A stretch of 63,985 nt of DNA, the filler included, from an uncultured bacterium (GTDB taxonomy: Bacteria > CAYSBA01): assembly GCA_964429075.1 (NCBI GenBank). It is 14 parts of 14 records of this genome, joined end to end, with 100 filler letters (N's around TTAATTAATTAA, not from the genome) between each part and the next. Parts side by side here need not be neighbours in the genome. Positions count along the whole stretch, not along the records: positions 9,491 to 14,097 come from CAYSBA010000141.1; positions 14,198 to 18,795 come from CAYSBA010000142.1; positions 18,896 to 23,485 come from CAYSBA010000143.1; 11 more parts are not named here. One strand, written 5' to 3'. A model generated the notes under the pieces. That model did not search any database. It was not told the DNA's origin and was given only the letters and a program-made list of their open reading frames with translations. The position numbers and the translations under genes are program-made. Shown one piece after another: positions 10,052 to 19,700 of this stretch; positions within the stretch are counted from its first letter, which is position 1; each line of letters starts with the position of its first letter.

Positions 10052-11569
10052 ATGACAGATGTAAGAAGAGATTTGATACTAAAAAATCTTAGAGAGACTC
10101 AGGTTGCCACAATCTCCACCAGGGGAAGAGATTCCATCAGAAGCAGACTTATGCATTTTGCTGTAGATGAAGATTTTAATTTTTATCTTGCATCAATGAA
10201 AGGGGATCCAAAGATAGACCAGATGACAAAAGATCCAACAGTAGGACTCCTTGTCTTTAATAGATCAGGCGATATGTACGAATGGTCTGAGACAGAGATT
10301 GAGGGCAATGTCAGCATCTTAAAAGAAGAAAAAGAAAGAACAAAGGCAGAAAGACTTTTAAAAGAGGTCTCCCCAGTAGTAAAGGGTATGGTAGAATCTG
10401 GTGCCGGAAATATGCTGGAATACCTGATTGTAAAACCCAAAAGGATACAATTTCGAATCTTTGGTGAGATTGTAAAGGGGAAGGTTCCCGATGTGATAGA
10501 ATTTCAAACAGAAAATAAAAATACTGTAGCGAAGGATATTGTTGATATAAAAAAGATTTTGCATCAATTTAAGTCGGCGCTACGGCTTCCATTTTTAACA
10601 GCGACCATTCTACCAGTTGTCACGGGAGCACTTCTTTACTTTCATGAGACAGGTAATTTGAACTGGTTTTATTTTATCCTATCTCTGGTGGGTGCTTCAT
10701 TTTTACACCTGAGTGTAAATCTATTTAACGACTATTTTGATCATTTAAATGGTTGTGATGAAGAAAACAAAGAATTTATAAGACCCTTTACAGGCGGTAG
10801 CAGGGCAATTCAAAGTGGTATATTTAGACCATCGATTATTTTATTATGGGCGATTGTTTTTCTTTTAGGCGGCAGTCTAATTGGACTGTACTTTTTATAT
10901 GTTGTTGGATTCAAGCTACTATGGATCGGACTAATTGCGATATTCAGTGTACTGTTTTATGTAAACAGAAGATTTTCACTCGCAAGTATTGGTCTTGGAG
11001 AGCTTGCAGTATTTTTAAACTTTGGACCCCTTGCAGTCCTTGGATCATATTTGGTACAGTCCGGCAGATTCTCTTTTGAGGCTATATTGGTCTCCCTTCC
11101 TCTTGGATTCCTGATAACAGCCGTACTCTATGCTAATGAATTTCCAGATTATGTAGCAGATAAAAAAACTGGTAAATGGAATCTCGTTGTAAGACTGGGG
11201 AGGATCAGGGCAAAGTGGGGTTATTTATTACTTATAGCAGCATCTTATGCATCTGTTCTATACCTTGTTGGTAACGGTATTCTTCCAAAATATGCGTTAA
11301 TCATCCTAGTTACCCTTCCCATATCTTTCTTTGCTATAAAGGTTCTTTTCAGGTACCATGAAGATACTGCTAAACTTGCACCCGCACTTGCTGCAACTGT
11401 TATTCTTCATCTTGTAATCGGTTATCTTATAGCAATCTCACTACTTTTTAGAGACAATATTAATATCCTGATGATAGTTTTGTATGCTGTTGGTGTGTTG
11501 TTTACTATAAAGAAGGGTATTGAGCTTGTGCGTGCAATGAGTGGAATCCTAACAGTTCATTCCAGTTGA
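10052..11569 (+). CDS. menA: Fusion: pyridoxamine-5'-phosphate-oxidase-like flavin-binding split barrel (aa ~1-150) + 1,4-dihydroxy-2-naphthoate polyprenyltransferase (MenA/UbiA family)
   Basis: N-term VATIST...RSRLM...K..Q...P.V.L pattern; C-term NLFNDYFD, PFTGGSR, GLGE, ANEFPDYVADKKTGK motifs with multiple TM helices; good SD (GGAGG). Confidence 0.85.
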   Translation: MTDVRRDLILKNLRETQVATISTRGRDSIRSRLMHFAVDEDFNFYLASMKGDPKIDQMTKDPTVGLLVFNRSGDMYEWSETEIEGNVSILKEEKERTKAERLLKEVSPVVKGMVESGAGNMLEYLIVKPKRIQFRIFGEIVKGKVPDVIEFQTENKNTVAKDIVDIKKILHQFKSALRLPFLTATILPVVTGALLYFHETGNLNWFYFILSLVGASFLHLSVNLFNDYFDHLNGCDEENKEFIRPFTGGSRAIQSGIFRPSIILLWAIVFLLGGSLIGLYFLYVVGFKLLWIGLIAIFSVLFYVNRRFSLASIGLGELAVFLNFGPLAVLGSYLVQSGRFSFEAILVSLPLGFLITAVLYANEFPDYVADKKTGKWNLVVRLGRIRAKWGYLLLIAASYASVLYLVGNGILPKYALIILVTLPISFFAIKVLFRYHEDTAKLAPALAATVILHLVIGYLIAISLLFRDNINILMIVLYAVGVLFTIKKGIELVRAMSGILTVHSS

Positions 11570-11573
11570 GGAT

Positions 11574-12548
11574 ATGGCTGAGATACTTGACCAGAAAAGT
11601 TTTAAGGTCCTATTCGAAAGGTCACTTGAGGGCTTTCTGACCTCTATGGATTTTCCTCTAAATGAACAGATAAAAGAGATCTCCATGGCAGGTGGTAAGA
11701 GGATCAGACCCTATCTGGTATACCTATGTGCACTCCAGAGTGGATTTGATGATATCGATACTATTACAAATGCCGGCCTTGTGGTTGAGTTGATTCATAC
11801 CGCAAGCTTAATACATGACGATCTAATTGATAACTCAGACTTTCGAAGGGGCAAGATGACTCTTCACAAACGCTGGGACTATAAAGTAGCCATGCTTGCA
11901 GGTGACCTTACTCTCATCAGGACATTTTTTATCATTGACAGTTTGCAGGACAGGATTCCATCTCTTCTGTTTGAATCCACCTCTACGCTTGTAGAGATGG
12001 TGGAAGGTCAGGTCCTTGAGGGAGCGTGTTCTCAAATAAAGGTACCGGATATTAAGACCCTAGAGATCATAAATGAAAAAAAGACAGCCTCACTCTTTGG
12101 ACTTGCCTTTTTTGTAGGTGTATCCTTAGCATCAGAAGATGACGAAAAGATCAAAAGGGCCAAAGAGGCAGGACGGTACTTCGGCCTTTTGTTTCAGCTT
12201 GTAGATGACCTTCTTGATATATTTGGCACAATTGAATCTACAGGGAAGAGTCCTCTGACAGATATTAAAGAGGGTCATCTAAAGATACCCTATGTTTTCA
12301 CCTATCAAAAGGATCCAACGATCCTCTCTTTAATAAGGGAGTTTCGCGTGGATAAGAAGATAGAGATTGCTGAAGAGATAAAGGAAAGGATCAAAAAGAC
12401 AGCAAGAAAAGAGATAGTCAAGCTTATCGATAGATACTGTGTACAGCTCAAAGATAGTCTGTCAAAGGCGTTTCCTGTTGATAAGCCTGAAATTGTAACA
12501 CCAATTGTTGATAATTTATATCATAAAGCAAGGGAATTAATTGGCTGA
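11574..12548 (+). CDS. Polyprenyl diphosphate synthase (long-chain, HepT/IspB-like)
   Basis: GGKRIRP, ELIHTASLIHDDLID...RRG (FARM), KTA, FQLVDDLLD (SARM). Confidence 0.92.
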   Translation: MAEILDQKSFKVLFERSLEGFLTSMDFPLNEQIKEISMAGGKRIRPYLVYLCALQSGFDDIDTITNAGLVVELIHTASLIHDDLIDNSDFRRGKMTLHKRWDYKVAMLAGDLTLIRTFFIIDSLQDRIPSLLFESTSTLVEMVEGQVLEGACSQIKVPDIKTLEIINEKKTASLFGLAFFVGVSLASEDDEKIKRAKEAGRYFGLLFQLVDDLLDIFGTIESTGKSPLTDIKEGHLKIPYVFTYQKDPTILSLIREFRVDKKIEIAEEIKERIKKTARKEIVKLIDRYCVQLKDSLSKAFPVDKPEIVTPIVDNLYHKARELIG

Positions 12549-13185
12549 GGGACCTTCCTGGCATATCTATTCTTGGCTTGCCAGATATTATGATCTATTT
12601 GCTTCATTACTACTGTTGCCCCTTGGAGGGATAAGATCTTTTTATAAAACCTTTCTTGACTCAGCTGGTATAAAAAAGGGTAAAAGGTTAAGATGGTGTG
12701 ATCTCTGTTGTGGTACAGCAAATCTATTCAGATTCTGTGATTGTAGTAATCTTGATTCGTGGCCACTGATTGTTGGTCTTGATGGATCAAAACAGATGCT
12801 TGAAAAGGCAAAGGGTCGCTCAATAAAAGCCTTTTTTGTTAGAACAGATGTTACTCAGATACCCATTGTGAGTAATCAATTCGATGTCTGCACAATGTCG
12901 CTCTGCCTCCATGAGATGGAAAAAGAAAAAAGAGATCAGGCGTTAAAAGAGGTACACAGGATATTAAAAGAGGATGCCAGGCTTGCGATCCTCGATTTTG
13001 GGACACCTAAAAATGTTTTGCTTAGGTTCATACTCGACACCTACCATAAAAATTTTGAACATCCATCCGCATTGAGTTTCACAAGGGAAGACCTATCTTC
13101 TACGCTTTATAGGTTGGGATTTAAAAATGTTATAGAGATCCCGTATAAAATGGGAATTTTTCGAATAATTTTGGCAGAAAAATAA
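12541..13185 (+). CDS. UbiE/MenG-family SAM-dependent methyltransferase
   Basis: ARYYD, DLCCGTA motif I, GLDGSKQML, EVHRILK; overlaps upstream gene by 8 nt. Confidence 0.8.
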   Translation: MAEGPSWHIYSWLARYYDLFASLLLLPLGGIRSFYKTFLDSAGIKKGKRLRWCDLCCGTANLFRFCDCSNLDSWPLIVGLDGSKQMLEKAKGRSIKAFFVRTDVTQIPIVSNQFDVCTMSLCLHEMEKEKRDQALKEVHRILKEDARLAILDFGTPKNVLLRFILDTYHKNFEHPSALSFTREDLSSTLYRLGFKNVIEIPYKMGIFRIILAEK

Positions 13186-13386
13186 AAATACTATAAGTTT
13201 AATTTTTTTTTGAACTTTTTTAAAGATGTTAGTGAAATTTCATATTCTAAAAACATGCATGATTCTACATCGTTAGAACAGTAAAAATTTAAGAAGATAC
13301 TTGGAAATTGATCAAAGATGGTATAAGCAATAAAGGGTTTACTTGTTGGGTTTGAAATTATTCTTACTCTGTTTTAAATACAACAT

Positions 13387-14097
13387 ATGAAGAAAAGAGC
13401 AATTGGAGTCCATGTATCGATAAGAGGAGGTATCTCTGAGGCTATTAATAGGGCTGAATCCTATGGTTGCACCGCTTTTCAGATCTTTACTGCAAATCAA
13501 AGGCAATGGAAGAGTTATCCCCTCAAAGATGAAGATGTTGAGCAGTTTAAAAAGAGACTCAAATCATCTACAATAAGATACGTTGTTTCACACGATTCAT
13601 ATCTTATAAACCTTGGAACGACAGACGAAAAAAACTTTAAAAGATCTGTGGACTCGCTCTCTGCTGAACTTATTAGATGTAGTCAGATAGATATCCATGA
13701 TGTGGTAATCCATCCAGGCTCACATCTTGGTAAGGGTGAAAAAACAGGTCTGTTAAATATTATAGATGGTATCTTACAGAGTTATGAAAAGGCAGGGTTC
13801 CCAGATGTGAGACTTCTTCTCGAGACTACTGCCGGACAGGGTACAAATCTTGGATACCGATTCGAACATCTTTCGTTCATTGGAGAGAAGATAGAAAGAC
13901 ATGGAATAAAATGGGGCGTATGTTTTGATACCTGTCATGTATTTGCTTCTGGCTACGACTTTGTAGAAGATGGCGGCTACGAAAAGGTGTTTGAAGAGTT
14001 CGATAGAGTGGTCGGTCTTGGGAGATTAAGACTTTTTCACATTAACGACTCTAAAAAGCCACTTGGCAGCAGAGTTGATAGGCACGAGCATCTTGGA
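13387..14097 (+). CDS. nfo: Endonuclease IV, 3'-truncated
   Basis: GVHVS, HDSYLINL, HPG, LETTAGQG, CFDTCH, HINDSK..GSRVDRHEHLG. Confidence 0.96.
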
Positions 14098-14197
14098 NNN
14101 NNNNNNNNNNNNNNNNNNNNNNNNNNNNNNNNNNNNNNNNNTTAATTAATTAANNNNNNNNNNNNNNNNNNNNNNNNNNNNNNNNNNNNNNNNNNNN

Positions 14198-14384
14198 CAT
14201 CAATCTCTTTTAGTCTCTTTTCTTCAATTAGTTTAAAGTAAGATCTATCCGGGATCCAGTCACTATCATCAATATGATGAGTAACTACTGTATGTACATC
14301 GGGCAGTGTCAAAGCAAGTTGTTTGCCCACCCTTCCTGCACCTACAATACAGATACCCCCTTTTTTATTCAGGGAATAGGTCAA
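14198..14384 (-). CDS. Rossmann-fold protein N-terminus (possibly DUF2520/oxidoreductase type), 3'-truncated
   Basis: ICIVGAGRVG dinucleotide-binding motif; ATGA overlap with ggt stop. Confidence 0.55.
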
Positions 14385-15985
14385 TCGATCACCTCTACAA
14401 CACCATCTCTTCTTCTGTCACCGGCCCCACCAAAAAAGCCAGAGCTGGGATCGTATACAACCATATTAACGCCACCGAAAAACATATTTTGTAGTTTAAA
14501 TTCTGTAACCCTGTAACCTTTTAGACTCTCAAACAGTTTCAGACGAATCTGATCATCAAGATCAAAGGTCTCTATATAGAGTTCGGCATTTGGTGGTGCA
14601 CCTTCCACATGAATCCTCGAAGAGTTGACTGCACTATCAGGGGCAAGATTATTGTCTAATATATTAATTAGACATTGTAGTATTGCCGTTCTAATGCGAT
14701 TACTGCCCCCAGTCCCAAGGACAGCAATTATCTTATCATCCTTTTCGACAAGTGTAGGTGCCATCATGGATGTAATGGTTTCGCCTGGTTTTCCATCTTC
14801 AAAACCGCCCGGGCTTATATCTTCCTCACCAAGAAAATTGTTCAGGATTATACCGGTATCGGGGATTGTGACAGCAGAGTTTTCTCCGTTTGATATGGTG
14901 ATCCCGATTGCATTACCATATTCATCCATAACAGACTTGTGCGTGGTGTTTTCAGGACCTTCATGCGGGTTGTTGATTGTCCCCTGGTTTAAGTTTAAGG
15001 TTGCATAATAGTCAATTAGCCTTTCATTGAGAATATTTTTACTATTATGTGGGTCAAAATCATTCTTTCTGAATATGTTCATTCGTGTGATTAGTTCGAC
15101 CAGTAGTTTTAGATAGTCAAGGCTTTTATAAGGAGGTAATCTATCTGCTAATCGCTGGAGAAGGGATAGACAGAAGGCAACGAGTGTCCCACCAGATGAG
15201 GGTGGGGGATTTGTATGTATCCTTTTATCTCTATAGTTAAAACTAAAGGGTTTTCTCTTTATAACCCTGTATTGCTTCAGGTCTTCATATGTGATAAGAC
15301 CACCATCTTCAAAGTGATTTGCAAATTTTCTGGCAATCTCACCTTCATAAAATGGATAAGGTCCTTCTTTTGCAAGCAGTTCGAATGTCTCAGCAAGCTT
15401 TTGATTGCGAAAATATTCGCCTTCTCTCAGGAGGTGTCCCTTGGGTGCAAATAGGGATTTCATCTCATCATTTGATAGCAGTATACTTTTTAGCACACTA
15501 AATATAAAAGCCTGTCGATTTGAAATAGGACACCCCTCTTTTGCCATTTCGATGGCAGGAGATATTACGACATCAAAGGGGAGTTTCCCTGCCTCTTCAT
15601 GTATCTGATATAGACCCTTAATTGCACCTGGTACCGCCACCGATGCCTTCCCGATGTGAAATATCTGTTTTGTTGGTCCAAAGTCTGCAACAACATCTTT
15701 GAAATCAACCTTTTTATTGTGATTTCTACCAAGCCCTGGAAACCTTGAAAAAAAATCGTATAACACTACCTCTTTTGAGCCCTCTTTTCTAAGTATGGCA
15801 AATCCAGAACCGCCTGCACTTGTCAAGGCAGGTTCACTTAAAAACGAAACGAAAGATGCAGCGACTGCGGCATCTATTGCATTACCTCCCTCTTTAAGCA
15901 TAGCTGTACCGGCGCTTGTTGTATGGACATCACCAGCAGCTACTACACCCTTTGTTGGTCTAAATTTTCTTAAAAACTCAGCCAT
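14381..15985 (-). CDS. ggt: Gamma-glutamyltransferase family protein
   Basis: GGNAIDAAVA, VAVPG, NTTH nucleophile motif, LGTGGSNRI, GDRRRDG; SD GGAGG before ATG 15985. Confidence 0.92.
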   Translation of the reverse strand: MAEFLRKFRPTKGVVAAGDVHTTSAGTAMLKEGGNAIDAAVAASFVSFLSEPALTSAGGSGFAILRKEGSKEVVLYDFFSRFPGLGRNHNKKVDFKDVVADFGPTKQIFHIGKASVAVPGAIKGLYQIHEEAGKLPFDVVISPAIEMAKEGCPISNRQAFIFSVLKSILLSNDEMKSLFAPKGHLLREGEYFRNQKLAETFELLAKEGPYPFYEGEIARKFANHFEDGGLITYEDLKQYRVIKRKPFSFNYRDKRIHTNPPPSSGGTLVAFCLSLLQRLADRLPPYKSLDYLKLLVELITRMNIFRKNDFDPHNSKNILNERLIDYYATLNLNQGTINNPHEGPENTTHKSVMDEYGNAIGITISNGENSAVTIPDTGIILNNFLGEEDISPGGFEDGKPGETITSMMAPTLVEKDDKIIAVLGTGGSNRIRTAILQCLINILDNNLAPDSAVNSSRIHVEGAPPNAELYIETFDLDDQIRLKLFESLKGYRVTEFKLQNMFFGGVNMVVYDPSSGFFGGAGDRRRDGVVEVID

Positions 15986-16859
15986 TTCTCCTCCTGCCAA
16001 TCTTCAGTATGTCTGCAATGTTTGCATTATCATCAAAAACAAGATCAAACTGTTTTGCCTTACCGGAAAGTATTGTGGTAACACCAGGACCATGACCAGA
16101 CAAAAAGGAACTTGAATGTACGACTATGCCTATGGTTAGCATCCCCTTTTTATAGGTCCTGCCGTAGAGACAATCATGGTCCTCTATAGCCACAATGTCA
16201 CCTAATCTTAGATCATTAAGTCTGTATTTTTCAAGTATCTTTTGATCAGATACCATAATGTCATAATCTCCAGATGATATATCGTTAAAACCGAGCCCGG
16301 AGCCCATAAGGTAAGGGGGTACTTTTTTTCTGACCTTTATAGATAGCTTGTTTTCTTTAACTTCTGCAATCTTAATAAAAAGCGCTGGATCAATATTGAC
16401 GACTCTGATTTCTTTAAAACCATCTATCTCAAGTCCTTGCCCATATGCTTCAATCAACATAGAGTCGCCATAGTTTATTTTTGAAAGCACCTCATCAGAG
16501 AAATCGATCAGTACATGTTCGACACCTCCATGAAATCCAGTTACAACACCTTCACTGCCTTTTGCATCGCCAGATGTAATACGAACTCTATTACCGATAC
16601 ACGCAAGTGAATTGAGAGAGCGATTTTTCCTCGAATTTCTATCTTTTTCATCCGATACAGCAGATACACAGGGCTCTATATGATCTCCCTGCCATCCAAA
16701 TGCAGGATCACCTACCTTAACATTGTATACAATCCCTCCAACTGAAGGGAGTATCATTGGATGTCCATCATGAGAAATCTCAAAGGGTGCAAAGACAATA
16801 GGATAGATTACACTGCATGGTACACCAAATTTTACGAGTTTGTCTGTATTAAGTTTCAT
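15978..16859 (-). CDS. DUF4438 family protein
   Basis: LPSVGGIVYNVKVGD...GDHIEP, GSGLG...GDYDI, GHGPGVTT motifs; SD GGGAG before ATG 16859. Confidence 0.8.
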   Translation of the reverse strand: MKLNTDKLVKFGVPCSVIYPIVFAPFEISHDGHPMILPSVGGIVYNVKVGDPAFGWQGDHIEPCVSAVSDEKDRNSRKNRSLNSLACIGNRVRITSGDAKGSEGVVTGFHGGVEHVLIDFSDEVLSKINYGDSMLIEAYGQGLEIDGFKEIRVVNIDPALFIKIAEVKENKLSIKVRKKVPPYLMGSGLGFNDISSGDYDIMVSDQKILEKYRLNDLRLGDIVAIEDHDCLYGRTYKKGMLTIGIVVHSSSFLSGHGPGVTTILSGKAKQFDLVFDDNANIADILKIGRRRNG

Positions 16860-16898
16860 AACATAACTCCCTGCTAACTGATTTTTTAGCAAGAATTC

Positions 16899-18580
16899 TT
16901 AGAATTTTATAAGCAGTCTTCCCTGGAGTGTGAAGGCATTTTTCGCGTCATAAACCATACCTCTGTCCATATAATCAAGACCACTCAATGCAAAGAGATA
17001 GCCCATTGCTATGCCTGCCTCAAAACCACCTTCAGTTTTATAGTAGAGATCACCGTCTAATTCTAACCCGAGGGGTAGCTTCCCTGTATATGTATCTATT
17101 TTTGCAAGTGCTTGGGAGTAGATAGCACCAAGATTAATACCGAATCCCTTTACCATCTGAAAGTCAAGCTTTGCTTTTGCATACCATGAGGCTGCTACAG
17201 CTCCTAGGATTTCTCTATAAAGAAGCATATCCACAATATAGTCTCTATCAAAGGCAAAGACAGTAATCTTGCCATCACTATCCTGTGGGTATCTCATTGG
17301 TTCTACTCCAAATCCCTGATCGCTTGAGTCTGCTGATGCTATCCCAAATTCTCCACCAAGGGTCAAACGATCAAACATTGTTTTGTAATCAAATTGTAAT
17401 ACCCCACCATACATATTAATATCTACAGGCTTTATATCCTCTTCTAAGGTCTGTCTATTATCACCTATCTTACCTATTATGGCAGCAGCCTCTGCCTCAA
17501 TCCTCCATTTATCAATGAGGATCTTAAACCAGATATCTGGTATGTATAGCGATACATCTCTTCTTATATAATCTTCCGGTTTGATGCTGTATGAATTGAT
17601 ATAGAGTTCTGAGTTGTCTACAGATCCCCAGTATAGGGCAGGCAAATCGGTGGCCTGTTTGCGTAATACAAAATATACCCCATAGTCTATAGCAGCTTTA
17701 CCATCAGCAAGTCTTTTTTTGACTTCAGACTCCTTTAATTTTTTGGCTATTGCTAATATGTATTCTATTGCATCATCCCTCTGGTCAAGATCTTTGGGCT
17801 GACCCGACATATAATCCTTGTAGGATGTATTGTCTCTTGTGCTGACCTTTTCTTTTACAGCGTTGGTCGGTCCAGTTGCAACATAGTCAATTGCAGGGAC
17901 AATATAATGACCTTTTATCTTGGTTATAAACATCAGCCTGTCGACTGTATCACCATAATCACAGTCATAACAGTTACCATCGTTTGAAAGTATTCCAAGT
18001 CCCCAATGAGTACCCATGCGACCGGCCTTTATAAGTCCCACTGGTGTCATAAACTCAACCCATGCCCTTTTCACCATTATTGAATCTTTCAACGAATTAA
18101 AACCATAAATTGGTGCATTCTGGCTCTGTGAGAATACAATCCTTGGTACGCGGTAGGATTTACCGGGGAATCCATCTGGAGTGCTTCCAAGCACAAGATT
18201 GTCGAGTACATCTATCTGTGTTTTAACTTTTATGTCATCTCCAATATTGATAGTTGGTTCTACTCTCAGTCTCATATTTGTTGTACCAATTGTGATATTT
18301 TCGTCATTTCCAATGTCTCCAGAAAGTGGAGTTGGTAGATAGGCATTATCGGTTGTAGATCGGTTGTTAAAAAAATTATAAAGTCCAAGATCGAGATGTT
18401 GAAAGATATCCCCCCTCAGTCTAAAATAGCCGTCTATCTCAAGTGTCTTGGTCTGTGAAACAGCCTTTTCTGCCTTTTCTATATGNNNNNNNNNNATGTA
18501 TTATCCTGAGCCAATGTTTGGTTTGTAAAAAACAAAATTAAGATCAGTAAAGATATAAGTTTTTTGATGCTAAGTACCAT
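16899..18580 (-). CDS. TIGR04551-family outer-membrane beta-barrel protein, interrupted by 10-N gap at 18486-18495
   Basis: SD AGGAGG + ATG 18580 with signal peptide; LEIDGYFRLRGD, NMRLRVEP, QIDVLDNLVLGSTP, KRAW...GRM..HWGLGIL.NDG, terminal Phe. Confidence 0.8.
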
Positions 18581-18606
18581 AAAAACCTCCTTTTAAATTT
18601 TCTGCA

Positions 18607-18635
18607 AAAATACATCATCAATCAATCATGGTCAA
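18607..18635 (-). promoter_or_regulatory. Candidate sigma70 promoter for the TIGR04551-DUF4438-ggt operon
   Basis: TTGACC-17 nt-TATTTT on minus strand. Confidence 0.45.
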
Positions 18636-18895
18636 GGATTGAGAAATTTGCTATTAAAACGCCTAAGATGTATGGTATTTTTACATAAGTCTCTGGTTTT
18701 TGACAAACTTAAATTGAGTTGTTATTAAATCTTTTTTAAAACCAAAGAGGGCTTTTAAAAAGGGAATAATTTCCAGATGTAAATCCTCGGCCTTTNNNNN
18801 NNNNNNNNNNNNNNNNNNNNNNNNNNNNNNNNNNNNNNNTTAATTAATTAANNNNNNNNNNNNNNNNNNNNNNNNNNNNNNNNNNNNNNNNNNNN

Positions 18896-19621
18896 GTAAA
18901 AACAGTTATTGTTCCTAAAAGGGAAAAAGGATCAAAAAAGATGCCTCTTATTTTATTATTACTTCTTTTAATAACAATAATAACCCTTTTTATACTTTGG
19001 CGTAAAGAGGTATCAAACAAAATTATTCACCCATCTATAATGACCTCAACCGGGGAATCCAGACATATCATACAGAAACAGAATATAAACAAAGACATCG
19101 AGATAAGGGAAACTGAGAACAAAAAGAATATAAAAATTAATAAAGTAAGCAGCAATAATGGCGTTAGGCATCCAGTTAAAAAGTCCAAAAAGATACCAGA
19201 ACAGATCAGCCTAAAAATGCGACAACAGAAATCTCAAAAGAAAATAAACGTTACATTAAAAAAAGATAAATTCAAGGTCCCCAACATATTGATACCAAAG
19301 GCACTCAGTGCAGGTTGTGGTATAAAACTTGATGGATTGCCCCTTCTAAGGCCGAAAAGTATTTCACTAAAAGATCCAATATTGGTAGAGCTTTTATGTC
19401 CAAGGTCTCTGGGTTATGTAAGATTGCGATTTGCCGAAAAAAGTCATAGGATAGTGATGTCAGCCCTTGCAAAACCCTGGGCAACTGTTTTTATTGGGAA
19501 CAATAAGGTTGGTGATACCCCATTGGGTCGAGTATTTTTAAAAAGAGGCATGAACAGGATTGAATTCTCATTTGAAAACAAAAGAAAGGCATTTTTAATC
19601 ATCGATGTAAAAAATCAATGA
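18896..19621 (+). CDS. C-terminal part of a membrane protein with PEGA-like domain (architecture seen in myxobacterial Ser/Thr kinases), 5'-truncated
   Basis: TM helix, Lys-rich linker, AKPWATVFIG...GDTPL motif; kinase domain itself not in window. Confidence 0.55.
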   Translation, partial: VKTVIVPKREKGSKKMPLILLLLLLITIITLFILWRKEVSNKIIHPSIMTSTGESRHIIQKQNINKDIEIRETENKKNIKINKVSSNNGVRHPVKKSKKIPEQISLKMRQQKSQKKINVTLKKDKFKVPNILIPKALSAGCGIKLDGLPLLRPKSISLKDPILVELLCPRSLGYVRLRFAEKSHRIVMSALAKPWATVFIGNNKVGDTPLGRVFLKRGMNRIEFSFENKRKAFLIIDVKNQ

Positions 19622-19670
19622 CAGCTGGAAAAATATATTTACTGATTGTACACAAAAATATCTTTTTAAA

Positions 19671-19691
19671 TGGCACAGATTTTGATATAAT
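19671..19691 (+). promoter_or_regulatory. Overlapping candidate sigma54 (-24/-12) and extended -10 promoter elements
   Basis: TGGCAC-AGATT-TTGAT (19671-19686) and TGaTATAAT (19683-19691), 9 nt before ATG 19701. Confidence 0.45.
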
Positions 19692-19700
19692 AATACTATC

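Noticed and set aside
13186-13386. tRNA, rRNA or structured ncRNA in this and the other larger intergenic gaps (18581-18795, 59324-59437, 59611-59765)
   Set aside because: Very AT-rich with no cloverleaf, T-loop (GTTCGA) or GC-rich stems visible.
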